IMG/VR virus record: IMGVR_UViG_3300047548_000908 | Coordinates: 1-64,000 of that record | Direction: 5' to 3' (one strand) | Length of the DNA: 64,000 nucleotides | DNA from: an uncultured virus (IMG/VR IMGVR_UViG_3300047548_000908) | Taxonomy: Duplodnaviria; Heunggongvirae; Uroviricota; Caudoviricetes | Shown: positions 6,004-15,880 of the stretch, one piece after another | How positions within the stretch are numbered: the first letter of the stretch is position 1 | How the letters are laid out: every line of letters starts with the position of its first letter | Translations under genes and position numbers: made by a program | Notes under the pieces: generated by a model | What the model was told of the DNA's origin: nothing | What the model saw: the letters and a program-made list of their open reading frames with translations, nothing else | Database searches by the model: none

Positions 6004-7250
6004 CATCATATCAAAGCATATGTCCGTAAGAATCGGGGGTTTGAAATCGGAAACTTCGTGACCCGAGTATGCTTTGATATGGTGTGAAGCTGATCTGTAT
6101 GTCAGCGGTAGTCGATGAAGCGGAAACTATACACGATACTTGATAAGGTGCAATGACACCGGCGGGTCGTTGAACATAAGCAGAGGCTATGACTAGACCA
6201 CGTACTGCGAGAAATCCGGATGCATACGGAGAGTAACAAGACTCGTGGACACCAGACTAATAACAAGAGGTATCTATGAACAAAACAATAACGCTCGCCG
6301 AGTTTGAAAAGCAGTTTAAAGAGTATTACGCTAATTTGGATAAGCCTACAAGCATAGATGGATTCATGGGTAACTGGGCATGGTATCTTCATGCAAGGAA
6401 TGAGTTCAGGAAGAAGTTAGAAGAACAAGGCGTTACCATATTAAAGTAGATTGAGTGCGAAAAAGAATTCCGTTGAACAAACGGCCACTTAACAGTCTAC
6501 TTCAATATGGTTGCAACCAGGAATAAAGCCTGTCTTTGACAAGTCACTCGAGGCTCTACCCCCTCCGTTAAAAGTGGTCAGGAGAGTGACACTATATTAA
6601 AACACATTGGTTGGTATCGGAGTGGGGCAACAGCCATAAACTTCCTGCCCCTTTGAAGGGAAGTACCAGTGTGTTTCAATATGGTGAAAGCCAGTAAGAG
6701 CAGCGGTCTCTTCTCTAAGTTGCGTCCAGTATGAGCAGCACGGTAAGCTAGCTAAATCCGTGGGCAGGCAATAGTATCAAAAAGAAACTTAGATGACAGC
6801 CAGGAAAGACTGGCACCATATTGAAACATATTCTTTGAGGTCTTGGTCGTTACCAGCGTATGCGAAAACGGCGACAGAATATGTTTCAATATGGTAAATG
6901 CGTAGGCTGATACGCAGTAGCTGGTTATGCGGATTGCAGGCCCAGACCATCGTTTAGGGTAGCGTCAGGAAACAGGACGTAGCAGTGCAATCAAGTTGGA
7001 GATCAGCACCAACTACCATATTGAAGCACACTTAACACTATGAGGACTCAAGCTGGTGGTGCAGTTGTAGTCGCTGTGTGTGCGCCTAGTGTGTTTCAAT
7101 ATGGTAACAAAACCGAGGAAGGAGCCGCCAAAGAGCGACGATGCGTACCACCCTGACGTTACGGTGGCATACTATATTAGGTGGGTTCATGCATCTGCCG
7201 TCTGGGACATCCCTCGACCCAGTGTCAAGTACGAAAACCTTGACACCATT
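6004..7250 (+). ncRNA. Cluster of unannotated structured RNAs, five of them closed by a conserved ACCATATT.../...AATATGGT helix
   Basis: Helix-closed units 6004-6084, 6435-6511, 6590-6686, 6815-6895, 7014-7106, separated by hairpin-rich segments that mostly end in ACCA. Confidence 0.6.
6276..6449 (+). CDS. Small hypothetical protein (57 aa)
   Basis: SD GAGG, MNKTITLAEFEKQFKEYY...; below the ORF-track cutoff. Confidence 0.55.
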   Translation: MNKTITLAEFEKQFKEYYANLDKPTSIDGFMGNWAWYLHARNEFRKKLEEQGVTILK

Positions 7251-7275
7251 CCAACAACTCAGCTTTAGGAATAGA

Positions 7276-7461
7276 ATGAAAACTCGCAACCTTGGTCGTA
7301 AAACTAAGCAAGTCAAATTTAGTAATCAGAAGAGGTATCCAGTATTCAATAGTAACTTTACTCCTCAGAAGCAAACAGTTAAGTTTAACTTTAGTATTCC
7401 AGTTTGGAAGATTGTTCTCGTAATTATTTTCTTTATTTGCTGGGCAATGCTAGTCCTTTAA
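7276..7461 (+). CDS. Small basic protein with C-terminal TM helix
   Basis: SD AGGA, MKTRNLGRK...IVLVIIFFICWAMLVL. Confidence 0.55.
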   Translation: MKTRNLGRKTKQVKFSNQKRYPVFNSNFTPQKQTVKFNFSIPVWKIVLVIIFFICWAMLVL

Positions 7462-7463
7462 TT

Positions 7464-7539
7464 GCGCCTCTAGCTTAATGGATAGAGTCCTGGTCTTCGA
7501 AACCAGTTTGTGGGGGTTCGACTCCCTCGAGGCGCGCCA
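7464..7539 (+). tRNA. tRNA-Arg(TCG)
   Basis: Cloverleaf, loop CTTCGAA, CCA. Confidence 0.88.
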
Positions 7540-7551
7540 ACTAAATAAAAT

Positions 7552-7782
7552 ATGTATAAGGTTTATTACACTGATCCAATTGATAATAAGTGCTATAATT
7601 GGGATTGTGATGTGTTAAGTGATGCACTTTCAGTAACAGAAACTTTTCGTAAGAGAGGAATGAGTTTCGTAACAATGGTAAGCGAGAACCCTAATCAAAT
7701 AGGAAAGACTGGTGTTGATTCTGTGGAGAATGGATTATGTCCAGATGGGATCGCGTACACTTGGCGTAAACGACGAAAATAA
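7552..7782 (+). CDS. Hypothetical protein
   Basis: ORF after a TAAATA motif. Confidence 0.6.
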   Translation: MYKVYYTDPIDNKCYNWDCDVLSDALSVTETFRKRGMSFVTMVSENPNQIGKTGVDSVENGLCPDGIAYTWRKRRK

Positions 7783-7834
7783 TGTTCATTAAAAACGTTG
7801 ATGTCTAAATACCGCTGTATTTTAAGGTGAGTTA

Positions 7835-8620
7835 ATGAAAACAGTTTTAATGTGTGATCCAAAACATTTTGAAGTTTCATATGATATTAATCCTTGGATG
7901 ACATCTCATATAGGAAAGGTGGACAATCATTTGGCTCAATCAGGATGGTTCGCTTTGTTTGAAGCATTGAGTAAAATTGCTATTGTGAAATTAGTCAAAG
8001 GTGTACCTGGACTTCCTGATTTGGTTTTTACTGCAAACGCGGGTTCAGTGCATGGTGATGTAGTGGTTCTTTCTAGGTTTACAAATTTAGAACGAACAGG
8101 CGAAGAGCCTATTTTTCGTGAATGGTTTCAAAACAATGGATTTAACGTGATCCAACCTGCCTTGCCATATGAGGGAGAAGGTGATCATATCGTTGACTCA
8201 AAAGGAAGGCATTGGTTAGGTTCTGGGTTTAGAACTAATCGATTAGTGTCTTACGAATTAGAACATATTCTAAGAAAGCACATCAATGTACTTGAATTAG
8301 TTGATCCAAGGTGGTATCACTTGGATACTTGTTTTTGTCCACTGCCAAATGGTGGATTAATGTGGTACCCAAATGCGTTCTCAAAGAGTAGTCAGGACTT
8401 GATTTACAGGTCTTTTTCAGATAGTATAACCGTATCTACAGGCGATGCACTAAGATTCGGGTGTAACTGCGTAGGGATAGGTGAACACTTGTTTATTCCC
8501 AATAATACCACCGTAGCAAATCAATTGCGTTCTGTAGGATACACCGTGCATGAGTTTGAATTGAGCGAATTCATAAAATCTGGTGGTGCGGCAAAATGCC
8601 TAGTTTTAAACATCAACTGA
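7835..8620 (+). CDS. Amidinotransferase/dimethylarginine dimethylaminohydrolase family
   Basis: INPWM, PDLVFTANAG, EGEGD, YHLDT, GGAAKC motifs. Confidence 0.88.
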   Translation: MKTVLMCDPKHFEVSYDINPWMTSHIGKVDNHLAQSGWFALFEALSKIAIVKLVKGVPGLPDLVFTANAGSVHGDVVVLSRFTNLERTGEEPIFREWFQNNGFNVIQPALPYEGEGDHIVDSKGRHWLGSGFRTNRLVSYELEHILRKHINVLELVDPRWYHLDTCFCPLPNGGLMWYPNAFSKSSQDLIYRSFSDSITVSTGDALRFGCNCVGIGEHLFIPNNTTVANQLRSVGYTVHEFELSEFIKSGGAAKCLVLNIN

Positions 8621-8631
8621 GCGCAGTAAAC

Positions 8632-8637
8632 TAAATA
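8632..8637 (+). promoter_or_regulatory. T4-like late promoter core TAAATA (representative copy)
   Basis: TAAATA shortly upstream of many starts (7552, 7835, 8657, 14099, 15045, 17290, 17745, 35873, 38138, 43863, 45595) and as TATTTA for minus-strand genes. Confidence 0.6.
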
Positions 8638-8656
8638 AAACATATTAGGAGTATCC

Positions 8657-10603
8657 ATGTCAATATCCAATTTATTCAAAAGTAATTTTGAAAAGACCGC
8701 ATACAAGTCTATGACCATAGATGAGTATCTTGACCTATGCAAAAGTGACAAGATGGCTTACGCCACAGCCGCAGAACGAATGATTGCAGCGATTGGTGAG
8801 CCAGAGCTAGTGGACACTAGCAAAGATTCTCGTCTAAGCAGAATCTTCACTAATCGTACAGTAAGAATGTACCCAGCATTCAAAGAGTTCTATGGTATGG
8901 AAGATGCAATCGAACGTATTGTAGGGTACTTCAGACATGCAGCACAAGGACTAGAAGAACGTAAACAAATTCTATACCTACTAGGACCAGTTGGTGGCGG
9001 TAAGTCATCACTTGCTGAACGCCTTAAGGAGTTGATGGAGCTCAACCCTATCTATGCACTAGCAACTGAAACAGGTGAGATTAGTCCTGTATTCGAAAGT
9101 CCACTAGGGCTGTTCTCTTCAGTACCACAGTTCAGAGAACATTTGTTTGAACAATATGGAATAGAAGGACGCTATCTCAATAGCATCATGAGTCCGTGGG
9201 CTATGAAGAGGCTAAAAGAATTCAATGGTGACATCACTAAGTTCCGAGTAGTTAAGTTAATGCCTAGTAAACTAGAGCAAATTGCAGTCATGAAGACTGA
9301 GCCTGGTGATGAAAACAACCAAGACATCAGTACCCTAGTTGGTAAGGTTGATATTCGTAAACTAGAACAATACAGCCAAAATGATACTGATGCCTATAGC
9401 TATAGCGGTGGATTGAACAGAGCTAATCAAGGCCTACTTGAATTCGTAGAGATGTTTAAGGCTCCTATCAAAGTGCTACATCCTCTACTTACAGCCACAC
9501 AGGAGGGAAACTATGTCGGTACAGAAGCAATCTCTGCTATACCGTTTCAAGGAATTGTTCTTGCCCACTCTAACGAAAGTGAATGGCAAACCTTTAGAAA
9601 CAACAAAAACAACGAAGCGTTTCTTGACAGGATATGCGTTGTCAAGGTACCGTATTGCTTGCGTGTTGACGAAGAAGTTAAGATTTACGAAAAAATGATC
9701 AAGAGTTCGGGCCTAGGTGCAGCACCTTGTGCTCCTCAGACAGTCGAAATGCTAGCACAGTTTAGTGTATTGACTAGACTTCGTGAACATGAAAATAGCA
9801 CCCTCTTTAGTAAGATGCGAGTCTACAATGGAGAAAACATTCGTGACAGTGATCCTAAAGCAAAGTCTATTCAGGAATATCACGATGTTGCAGGTGTAGA
9901 TGAGGGTATGGATGGCATTTCAACTCGATTTGCTTACAAGATTCTAAGTCAGACCTTTAACTTCACTCCAGAAGAAATCGCAGCAGACCCCGTACATCTA
10001 ATGTTTGTACTTGAGAACGCAATTAAGCGTGAACAGTTTGGATCAGATCGTGAACAAAAGTATCTTGATTTTATTAAGAGTGAGTTGTCTACTAGATATG
10101 CAGAGTTTCTAGGTAATTCTATTCAACGTGCATATCTAGAATCATATAGTGACTATGGGCAAAACTTGTTTGATCGCTATGTAGATTTTGCTGATGCATG
10201 GATTCAGAACATTGAATTCAAAGATCCAGATACTGGACTAATGATGGATAGGGCTTTGCTGAACTCAGAGCTTGAGAAGATCGAGAAGCCTGCAGGGATT
10301 TCTAATCCAAAAGATTTTAGAAACGAAGTAGTCAACTTCTGCCTAAGAGCAAGAGCTAAACCCGAGAACGGTGGAAAGAATCCTGCTTGGACTAGCTACT
10401 CAGTTCTTCGTGACGTTATTGAAAAGAGAATGTTTAGTCAAGTAGAAGACCTTCTACCAGTCATCAGTTTTGATAGCAAGAAGGATAAAGAACTTGAGAA
10501 GAAGCACAACGACTTTGTGACCAGAATGATTGGTCTAGGATACACCGAAAGACAAGTAAGACGTTTGTGTGACTGGTATCAGAGAGTTCGTAAGAGTTCT
10601 TAA
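8657..10603 (+). CDS. yeaG: PrkA/YeaG family AAA+ serine protein kinase
   Basis: GPVGGGKS Walker A, EPGDENNQDIS, EFVEMFKAPIKVLHPLLTATQE. Confidence 0.95.
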   Translation: MSISNLFKSNFEKTAYKSMTIDEYLDLCKSDKMAYATAAERMIAAIGEPELVDTSKDSRLSRIFTNRTVRMYPAFKEFYGMEDAIERIVGYFRHAAQGLEERKQILYLLGPVGGGKSSLAERLKELMELNPIYALATETGEISPVFESPLGLFSSVPQFREHLFEQYGIEGRYLNSIMSPWAMKRLKEFNGDITKFRVVKLMPSKLEQIAVMKTEPGDENNQDISTLVGKVDIRKLEQYSQNDTDAYSYSGGLNRANQGLLEFVEMFKAPIKVLHPLLTATQEGNYVGTEAISAIPFQGIVLAHSNESEWQTFRNNKNNEAFLDRICVVKVPYCLRVDEEVKIYEKMIKSSGLGAAPCAPQTVEMLAQFSVLTRLREHENSTLFSKMRVYNGENIRDSDPKAKSIQEYHDVAGVDEGMDGISTRFAYKILSQTFNFTPEEIAADPVHLMFVLENAIKREQFGSDREQKYLDFIKSELSTRYAEFLGNSIQRAYLESYSDYGQNLFDRYVDFADAWIQNIEFKDPDTGLMMDRALLNSELEKIEKPAGISNPKDFRNEVVNFCLRARAKPENGGKNPAWTSYSVLRDVIEKRMFSQVEDLLPVISFDSKKDKELEKKHNDFVTRMIGLGYTERQVRRLCDWYQRVRKSS

Positions 10604-10614
10604 AGGAAAGCTAG

Positions 10615-11871
10615 ATGGCTAATATCATTGACCGAAGACTGAATCCAAAAGATAAGACGATTAAGAATCGTCAAAAGTTTATCAAGCGAAGTAAGGCACA
10701 GATAAAGGAAGCGGTAAAAGAATCAATAGACAATGGAAACATTGCTGATATCGAAAACGGAAAGGTAAAAGTTAAGGTCAAAGGTATTGGCGAACCATCG
10801 TTCGGTATTAACTCAAAGACAGGTGATAAGAAGTATGTGCTACCCGGCAACAAAGAACACGTTGTCGGCGACAGGCAAAAAAAGCCTGAGGATGAAGAAG
10901 GTGGCGGAGGATCAAAGGGTGGACTAGGTGAAGGAGAAGATGACTTTGAGTTTGTACTTAATCCAGATGAGTACCTTGACTTCATCTTCGAAGACTTAGA
11001 GTTACCTGATCTAGTTAAAAAACAAATGAAAGACATTACAAAGGTAAAGCCTAAGAGAGCGGGCTTTACTAATGTAGGCAATCCAAGTCAGTTAGATGTT
11101 GTACGAAGTCTTAAGAATAGCTTAGGAAGAAGAATAGGACTCAAGCGTCCTAAGAATGAAGAAATTCTTGAAATTGAAGAACAGCTTAAGACATGCAACG
11201 AGTATAAAGCAAAGGAACTCTTGCTACGACTTGAAGAGCTAAAGAGAAAGCAACGTGCTATTCCCTGGCTAGATCCATTTGATGTAAGATACAGAAACTT
11301 CACTCCTACCCCGCAGCCAATTACCAAAGCAGTCATGATTTGTATCATGGACGTATCTGGTAGTATGGGACAGAGAGAAAAAGATTTAGCCAAGCGTTTC
11401 TTCTTTTTCTTGCACATGTTCCTAAGAAGAAAGTATGAAAAGGTAGATGTAATCTTTATTCGACACCATGAGTCTGCTAAAGAAGTAGATGAAGAAGATT
11501 TCTTCCATAGTAGAGAAAGCGGCGGAACTGTTGTTAGTTCTGGACTAAACTTAGCTTTGGAAATTATCAAAGAACGATATAACGTCGATGACTGGAATAT
11601 TTTTGTCAGTCAGGCATCTGATGGGGACAACTTTTCCAATGACGGCGAAGACACAGTGATTGCACTTGAAAAGTTATTGCCCTTAGTTCAGTATTTTGCC
11701 TACGTCGAAATAGAGAACTTGTATTACGCAAACAGCCTAAACACTGAACTATGGGATACATATGATCCATTACGAGAAAAATACTCACATTTGGCCATGC
11801 GAACAGTCACTGAAGTGAAAGACATTTGGCTAGTGTTCAGAGAGTTGTTTGCTAAACAAGAAGCGAGGTAA
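10615..11871 (+). CDS. yeaH: YeaH/YhbH (DUF444) vWA protein
   Basis: IIDRRLN, MDVSGSM, ESGGTVVSS, QASDGDN. Confidence 0.93.
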   Translation: MANIIDRRLNPKDKTIKNRQKFIKRSKAQIKEAVKESIDNGNIADIENGKVKVKVKGIGEPSFGINSKTGDKKYVLPGNKEHVVGDRQKKPEDEEGGGGSKGGLGEGEDDFEFVLNPDEYLDFIFEDLELPDLVKKQMKDITKVKPKRAGFTNVGNPSQLDVVRSLKNSLGRRIGLKRPKNEEILEIEEQLKTCNEYKAKELLLRLEELKRKQRAIPWLDPFDVRYRNFTPTPQPITKAVMICIMDVSGSMGQREKDLAKRFFFFLHMFLRRKYEKVDVIFIRHHESAKEVDEEDFFHSRESGGTVVSSGLNLALEIIKERYNVDDWNIFVSQASDGDNFSNDGEDTVIALEKLLPLVQYFAYVEIENLYYANSLNTELWDTYDPLREKYSHLAMRTVTEVKDIWLVFRELFAKQEAR

Positions 11872-11873
11872 GC

Positions 11874-12584
11874 ATGAAGATAAGTGAGATATTACCTCTT
11901 TTTGAAAACGCATCATCTAGCATAGGTGCAATATTTCTAAATGATAACGCGGTAGTAGTAGGACAGGCGCACGGGAAACCATTACAATTATCTCCTGAAA
12001 CTCTTCAACGTGTTCAAATGATAGCCAAAAAATACGGTGCTTGGTATGAAGGCAACGGTACAGACGCTCCATTAACTAAAGGTCAAATAGACAATTATAA
12101 AGGAAGCTGGGATGATCAGGTAGCTAATGACATAGACCCAAATGATTACAAGTGGTTATATGTTTTGTTTTCTAACGTCGATGAAAATAATAGAGTTCAA
12201 CGAGTTGGAGTCGACCCAAATGATTCAATATTCAATCGTTTATTAAAGACTGCTAAGGACAATTCGTTCCAGAACATAGGATTTACTTCCAATGCCCTTA
12301 CAGAATTTTTGTCTAATGCTAGTGAGGGGAAATATGACTTCGTTGCAATGAGCAAACAGTCGGCTACAGAAGAAAACCTAGCTAACTTTTTAAAGTCAGG
12401 TGAGCAGTTAATGTGGCCTAAGAATTGGGGATCTTATCCTTATAAGGCAGGAAGAATAGCCAAAGCTGCTACAGTTGATACTAGAGATCAATATCTCGCT
12501 ACTAGAAAAACTGGTGTATATGTTACTGGTAGTGGGCACCTAATCGCGGTTAGTAAAATCAGCGGTAAACCAATAATACCCTAA
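11874..12584 (+). CDS. Hypothetical protein inserted in the yeaH-ycgB operon
   Basis: 236-aa ORF with MKISEI N-terminus. Confidence 0.7.
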   Translation: MKISEILPLFENASSSIGAIFLNDNAVVVGQAHGKPLQLSPETLQRVQMIAKKYGAWYEGNGTDAPLTKGQIDNYKGSWDDQVANDIDPNDYKWLYVLFSNVDENNRVQRVGVDPNDSIFNRLLKTAKDNSFQNIGFTSNALTEFLSNASEGKYDFVAMSKQSATEENLANFLKSGEQLMWPKNWGSYPYKAGRIAKAATVDTRDQYLATRKTGVYVTGSGHLIAVSKISGKPIIP

Positions 12585-12595
12585 AAGGAATTGTT

Positions 12596-14044
12596 ATGTC
12601 AAAGCTACTATGGGAAGGTAATGATTGGACGTTTGAGCGTCTAAAAATAGCAGATGAAGCTATTGCAGAAATCGCGTTCGATGAATTGAAACTAAACACG
12701 TATCCCAATCAGATTGAAATCATAGGATCGGATCAAATGTTAGAAGCGTATGCTTCACATGGTCTTCCACTTATGTACAATCATTGGAGCTTTGGTAAAC
12801 ACTTCATACAACAGCAATACAGTTATCGTAAAGGATATCAAGGACTAGCGTATGAAATCGTAATTAACTCTTCTCCGTGTATCAGTTATCTGATGGAAGA
12901 AAATTCGATGACGATGCAGGCATTAGTAATTGCTCACGCTGCATATGGGCATAATCATTTCTTTAAGAACAATTACCTGTTCAAGCAATGGACTGACGCA
13001 GAAGGCATCGTTGACTACATGAACTTTGCCAAGAACTACATTGCAAAGTGCGAAGAGAAATATGGGTACGAAGCTGTAGAAAATACATTGGATGCTTGCC
13101 ATGCTATCATGGATTATGGCATCGACAAGTACAAAAGACCCTCAAAGTTAAGCAAAGAAAAAGAAGAGGAACGTCAAAAACAAAGAGAAGAGTTAGTGCA
13201 GCAACAGGCTAACGAACTTTGGAGTACACTCCCTAAAAAGAAAACACAAGAGTCTAGGGTATCAAAGCAGTTTCCTGAAGAACCGCAAGAAAACATTATG
13301 TACTTCATAGAGAAACATAGTCCTATTCTTGAGTCTTGGCAACGTGAAATCGTTCGTATTGTTCGTAAGATTAGTCAATACTTCTACCCACAACGTCAGA
13401 CTAAAGTGATGAACGAGGGTTGGGCTAGCTTCACTCACTATTACATCATGAATAGACTTTGGGAAAAAGGTCTTATTAGTGATGGTAGTTATCTAGAATT
13501 TATACACAGCCACTCAGGTGTACTGACTCAGTTGCCATATGATCACAAGTATTACAATGGATATAATCCATATGCACTTGGGTTCGATATGTTTAGTGAC
13601 ATTCGCAGAATTTGTGAGTTTCCTACTGCTGAAGACGAAGAATACTTCCCTCACCTAGTTGGAAAGAACTGGCTTGATGAATGTTTGTATGCAGTAGAAA
13701 ACTATCGTGACGAAAGTTTTATTCAACAGTTCCTCAGTCCAACCATAATGCGTAAATGGAAACTGTTTGAAATTACTAACAATGAAGATGATGAGTACGT
13801 CGAAGTAACTGGCATTCAAGATAACAGGTACTATGACAGAATCAGACAGACATTGAGTAGCCAGTATAGCCTATCAGCTTATCAACCAAACATTCAGGTG
13901 TTTGATGCAGACCTTAAAGGTAGCAGAGAGCTAAGACTGAAATATACTCCAGTAAACAATGCTAAGTTACATAAGAGCAAAGCAACAGTACTGGAGTATA
14001 TTAAGATGCTGTGGGGGCACTCAGTAGTAATCATTGAAAAATAA
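12596..14044 (+). CDS. ycgB: SpoVR/YcgB family protein
   Basis: YPNQIEII, HWSFGK, LAYEIVINS, QTKVMNEGWASF. Confidence 0.93.
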   Translation: MSKLLWEGNDWTFERLKIADEAIAEIAFDELKLNTYPNQIEIIGSDQMLEAYASHGLPLMYNHWSFGKHFIQQQYSYRKGYQGLAYEIVINSSPCISYLMEENSMTMQALVIAHAAYGHNHFFKNNYLFKQWTDAEGIVDYMNFAKNYIAKCEEKYGYEAVENTLDACHAIMDYGIDKYKRPSKLSKEKEEERQKQREELVQQQANELWSTLPKKKTQESRVSKQFPEEPQENIMYFIEKHSPILESWQREIVRIVRKISQYFYPQRQTKVMNEGWASFTHYYIMNRLWEKGLISDGSYLEFIHSHSGVLTQLPYDHKYYNGYNPYALGFDMFSDIRRICEFPTAEDEEYFPHLVGKNWLDECLYAVENYRDESFIQQFLSPTIMRKWKLFEITNNEDDEYVEVTGIQDNRYYDRIRQTLSSQYSLSAYQPNIQVFDADLKGSRELRLKYTPVNNAKLHKSKATVLEYIKMLWGHSVVIIEK

Positions 14045-14098
14045 GGCTCGTCCTAGTCTACACTGCACCTAAGTTTGGTACTTTTACTAAATAGTACT

Positions 14099-15019
14099 AT
14101 GGTTAAGTTATTTGAAGTAGTAAAAGAAACAAACGAAGATTTTTGGAACAAGGTGGAAACCGAATGTTCTGATTCGGTGAGTGCTATTCGCGGCGCCGGC
14201 GGAAACCCAATATTTAGAGGTTACAAGGGAGACTACGAGCCTGGTAAAAAGTATATGACTGGGAATAGAGACCCAAAAGATACATCTAAACCAATGCAAA
14301 CTTTAGTTGATAAAGTACTTAAATTAAGTGGGTTCGAAGCTCTCAGGGGCAACTCTATTTTTGTAACTGGTGAAATATTGACGGCAAACCAATACGGAGA
14401 TGGTAAAATATACCTGATATTTCCAATCAATGGTTTTAGTTTTACTTGGAGTGAGAAGTTTAGGGATTTCTTCGAAGACTTCGCAATGTCAAAACCCAAT
14501 CCAGAATCTTTTTTAGTTAACTCAATGGAACTAAACCCAGACTTTTTGAAATTAGAAAGTGCAGTCTACTCATTTTTTAACTCGTTCTCTGACGCAATTG
14601 CCGCCGCCTCAACAGGGGAAAGTCCTGAAATTCTGAGACTATTAGATAAAATCTATTTTGAAACTGTTAAAATGAAGGAAATGCTTCGCAAAGGATCTAA
14701 GTTCAAAACTAAAGCTTACTTGGAGTCTATGTTTAGCTATTATCAAAAATATCGTACTCTTGTTTCTGATCCTAAGTTCAAGTTTAACGCAGATCAAATT
14801 AAGATATTAAGTGATATAAATAGATGGACTAAGATACCAAATCCCGTATTAGATGTGGAAACTGCGATTGCTACAGCCTCAGCTTATCGTTTTAGGAAAG
14901 ATGGGTTAGCAGACGCAATTCTCTCAAACAATGAAATTTACATTAAGGGAGAATTTTATGCGTTTGATTTTAATCAATACGGTGACTTTTTTGATAAAAA
15001 ACTAAACGATAGTAATTAG
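14099..15019 (+). CDS. Paralog family member 1 (putative ADP-ribosyltransferase-like)
   Basis: IFRG, RDPKDT, GFEALRGNSIF, YG..YLIFP..GF.FTWS, NEIYIKG. Confidence 0.55.
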   Translation: MVKLFEVVKETNEDFWNKVETECSDSVSAIRGAGGNPIFRGYKGDYEPGKKYMTGNRDPKDTSKPMQTLVDKVLKLSGFEALRGNSIFVTGEILTANQYGDGKIYLIFPINGFSFTWSEKFRDFFEDFAMSKPNPESFLVNSMELNPDFLKLESAVYSFFNSFSDAIAAASTGESPEILRLLDKIYFETVKMKEMLRKGSKFKTKAYLESMFSYYQKYRTLVSDPKFKFNADQIKILSDINRWTKIPNPVLDVETAIATASAYRFRKDGLADAILSNNEIYIKGEFYAFDFNQYGDFFDKKLNDSN

Positions 15020-15044
15020 CTTGATTATTAAGATAAATATATTC

Positions 15045-15248
15045 ATGCGTATTGTATTGTTATCATTACTACTTGCCTGTTCTTCTAGTTTTGCTGCGGT
15101 TCAGCTTAACCCGTATACCAGAACTTGGGAAGGTAATATATGCATGACCTCAATGGGTTGGTCATACGTTCCATTTCAGCCAGTTGGCAGTACATGCTCG
15201 ATCATGACGCCAAGAGGACCAATGACAGGGTTCATTGCAAACCAATGA
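15045..15248 (+). CDS. Small secreted protein
   Basis: Signal peptide MRIVLLSLLLACSSSFA. Confidence 0.6.
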   Translation: MRIVLLSLLLACSSSFAAVQLNPYTRTWEGNICMTSMGWSYVPFQPVGSTCSIMTPRGPMTGFIANQ

Positions 15249-15571
15249 TTAATATAGACCTTGTAACTAAAGTCTTGGATACGATAAAAGGGTTCACTAG
15301 CCAGCAGCTAGCAGTGATGATTTTCTTGTTTGTGTCTGGGGTATATGGCATAGTCAAGATAGATGAACGCTATGCCAAGTTTGTTGAGACATACGAAAAA
15401 CTAAAGAAAACCGAAGAAGAAATTCGCAGGCATAAAGATGAGATAATACAGATGCATGCCAAAACCCTTGAACTGATTAAGATTCAACCAAAATCAGTGC
15501 AAGAAGAAATAGATAGAAACGCAAAGCAATACATCGAACACTTCCGCAGACTGGAAGCTGAAAAAAACTAA
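15245..15571 (+). CDS. Membrane protein with coiled coil
   Basis: One TM segment, charged C-terminus; ATGA overlap with the previous gene. Confidence 0.55.
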   Translation: MINIDLVTKVLDTIKGFTSQQLAVMIFLFVSGVYGIVKIDERYAKFVETYEKLKKTEEEIRRHKDEIIQMHAKTLELIKIQPKSVQEEIDRNAKQYIEHFRRLEAEKN

Positions 15572-15586
15572 CATTAAGGAGAAACT

Positions 15587-15781
15587 ATGAGTAAGGGATC
15601 ATCACCTAGACCTTTTGCCGTCGACCAAAAAACCTTTGACAAGAATTGGGATAACATCTTCAAAAAGAAATCATCTAACATAAAGTTCGGAGAAGATAGT
15701 CTCATAAGAAAATCTGACTACCAAGACATTTTATCTACTGAAGACTGCATGTTGGATGCGTTAGATAATTACCCCAAATAA
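15587..15781 (+). CDS. Hypothetical protein
   Basis: SD AAGGAG, MSKGSSPRPF...NWDNIF. Confidence 0.65.
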   Translation: MSKGSSPRPFAVDQKTFDKNWDNIFKKKSSNIKFGEDSLIRKSDYQDILSTEDCMLDALDNYPK

Positions 15782-15790
15782 ACAATTTAT

Positions 15791-15880
15791 AGAGAGTTGC
15801 CGGAGAGGCTTATCGGCACTGATTGGAAATCAGTTGGCTGCGAAAGCGGCACGAGGGTTCGAATCCCTCACTCTCTGCCA
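15791..15880 (+). tRNA. tRNA-Ser(GGA)
   Basis: Long variable arm, loop TTGGAAA, GCCA. Confidence 0.9.

Noticed and set aside
6004..7106. CRISPR array interpretation of the repeated CCATATT...AATATGG elements
   Set aside because: The repeats are degenerate inverted pairs with irregular spacing, the inserts are structured, and there are no cas genes in the window
10671..11788. Antisense ORFs over yeaH, and similar shadow ORFs elsewhere
   Set aside because: They are opposite-strand shadows of well-supported genes
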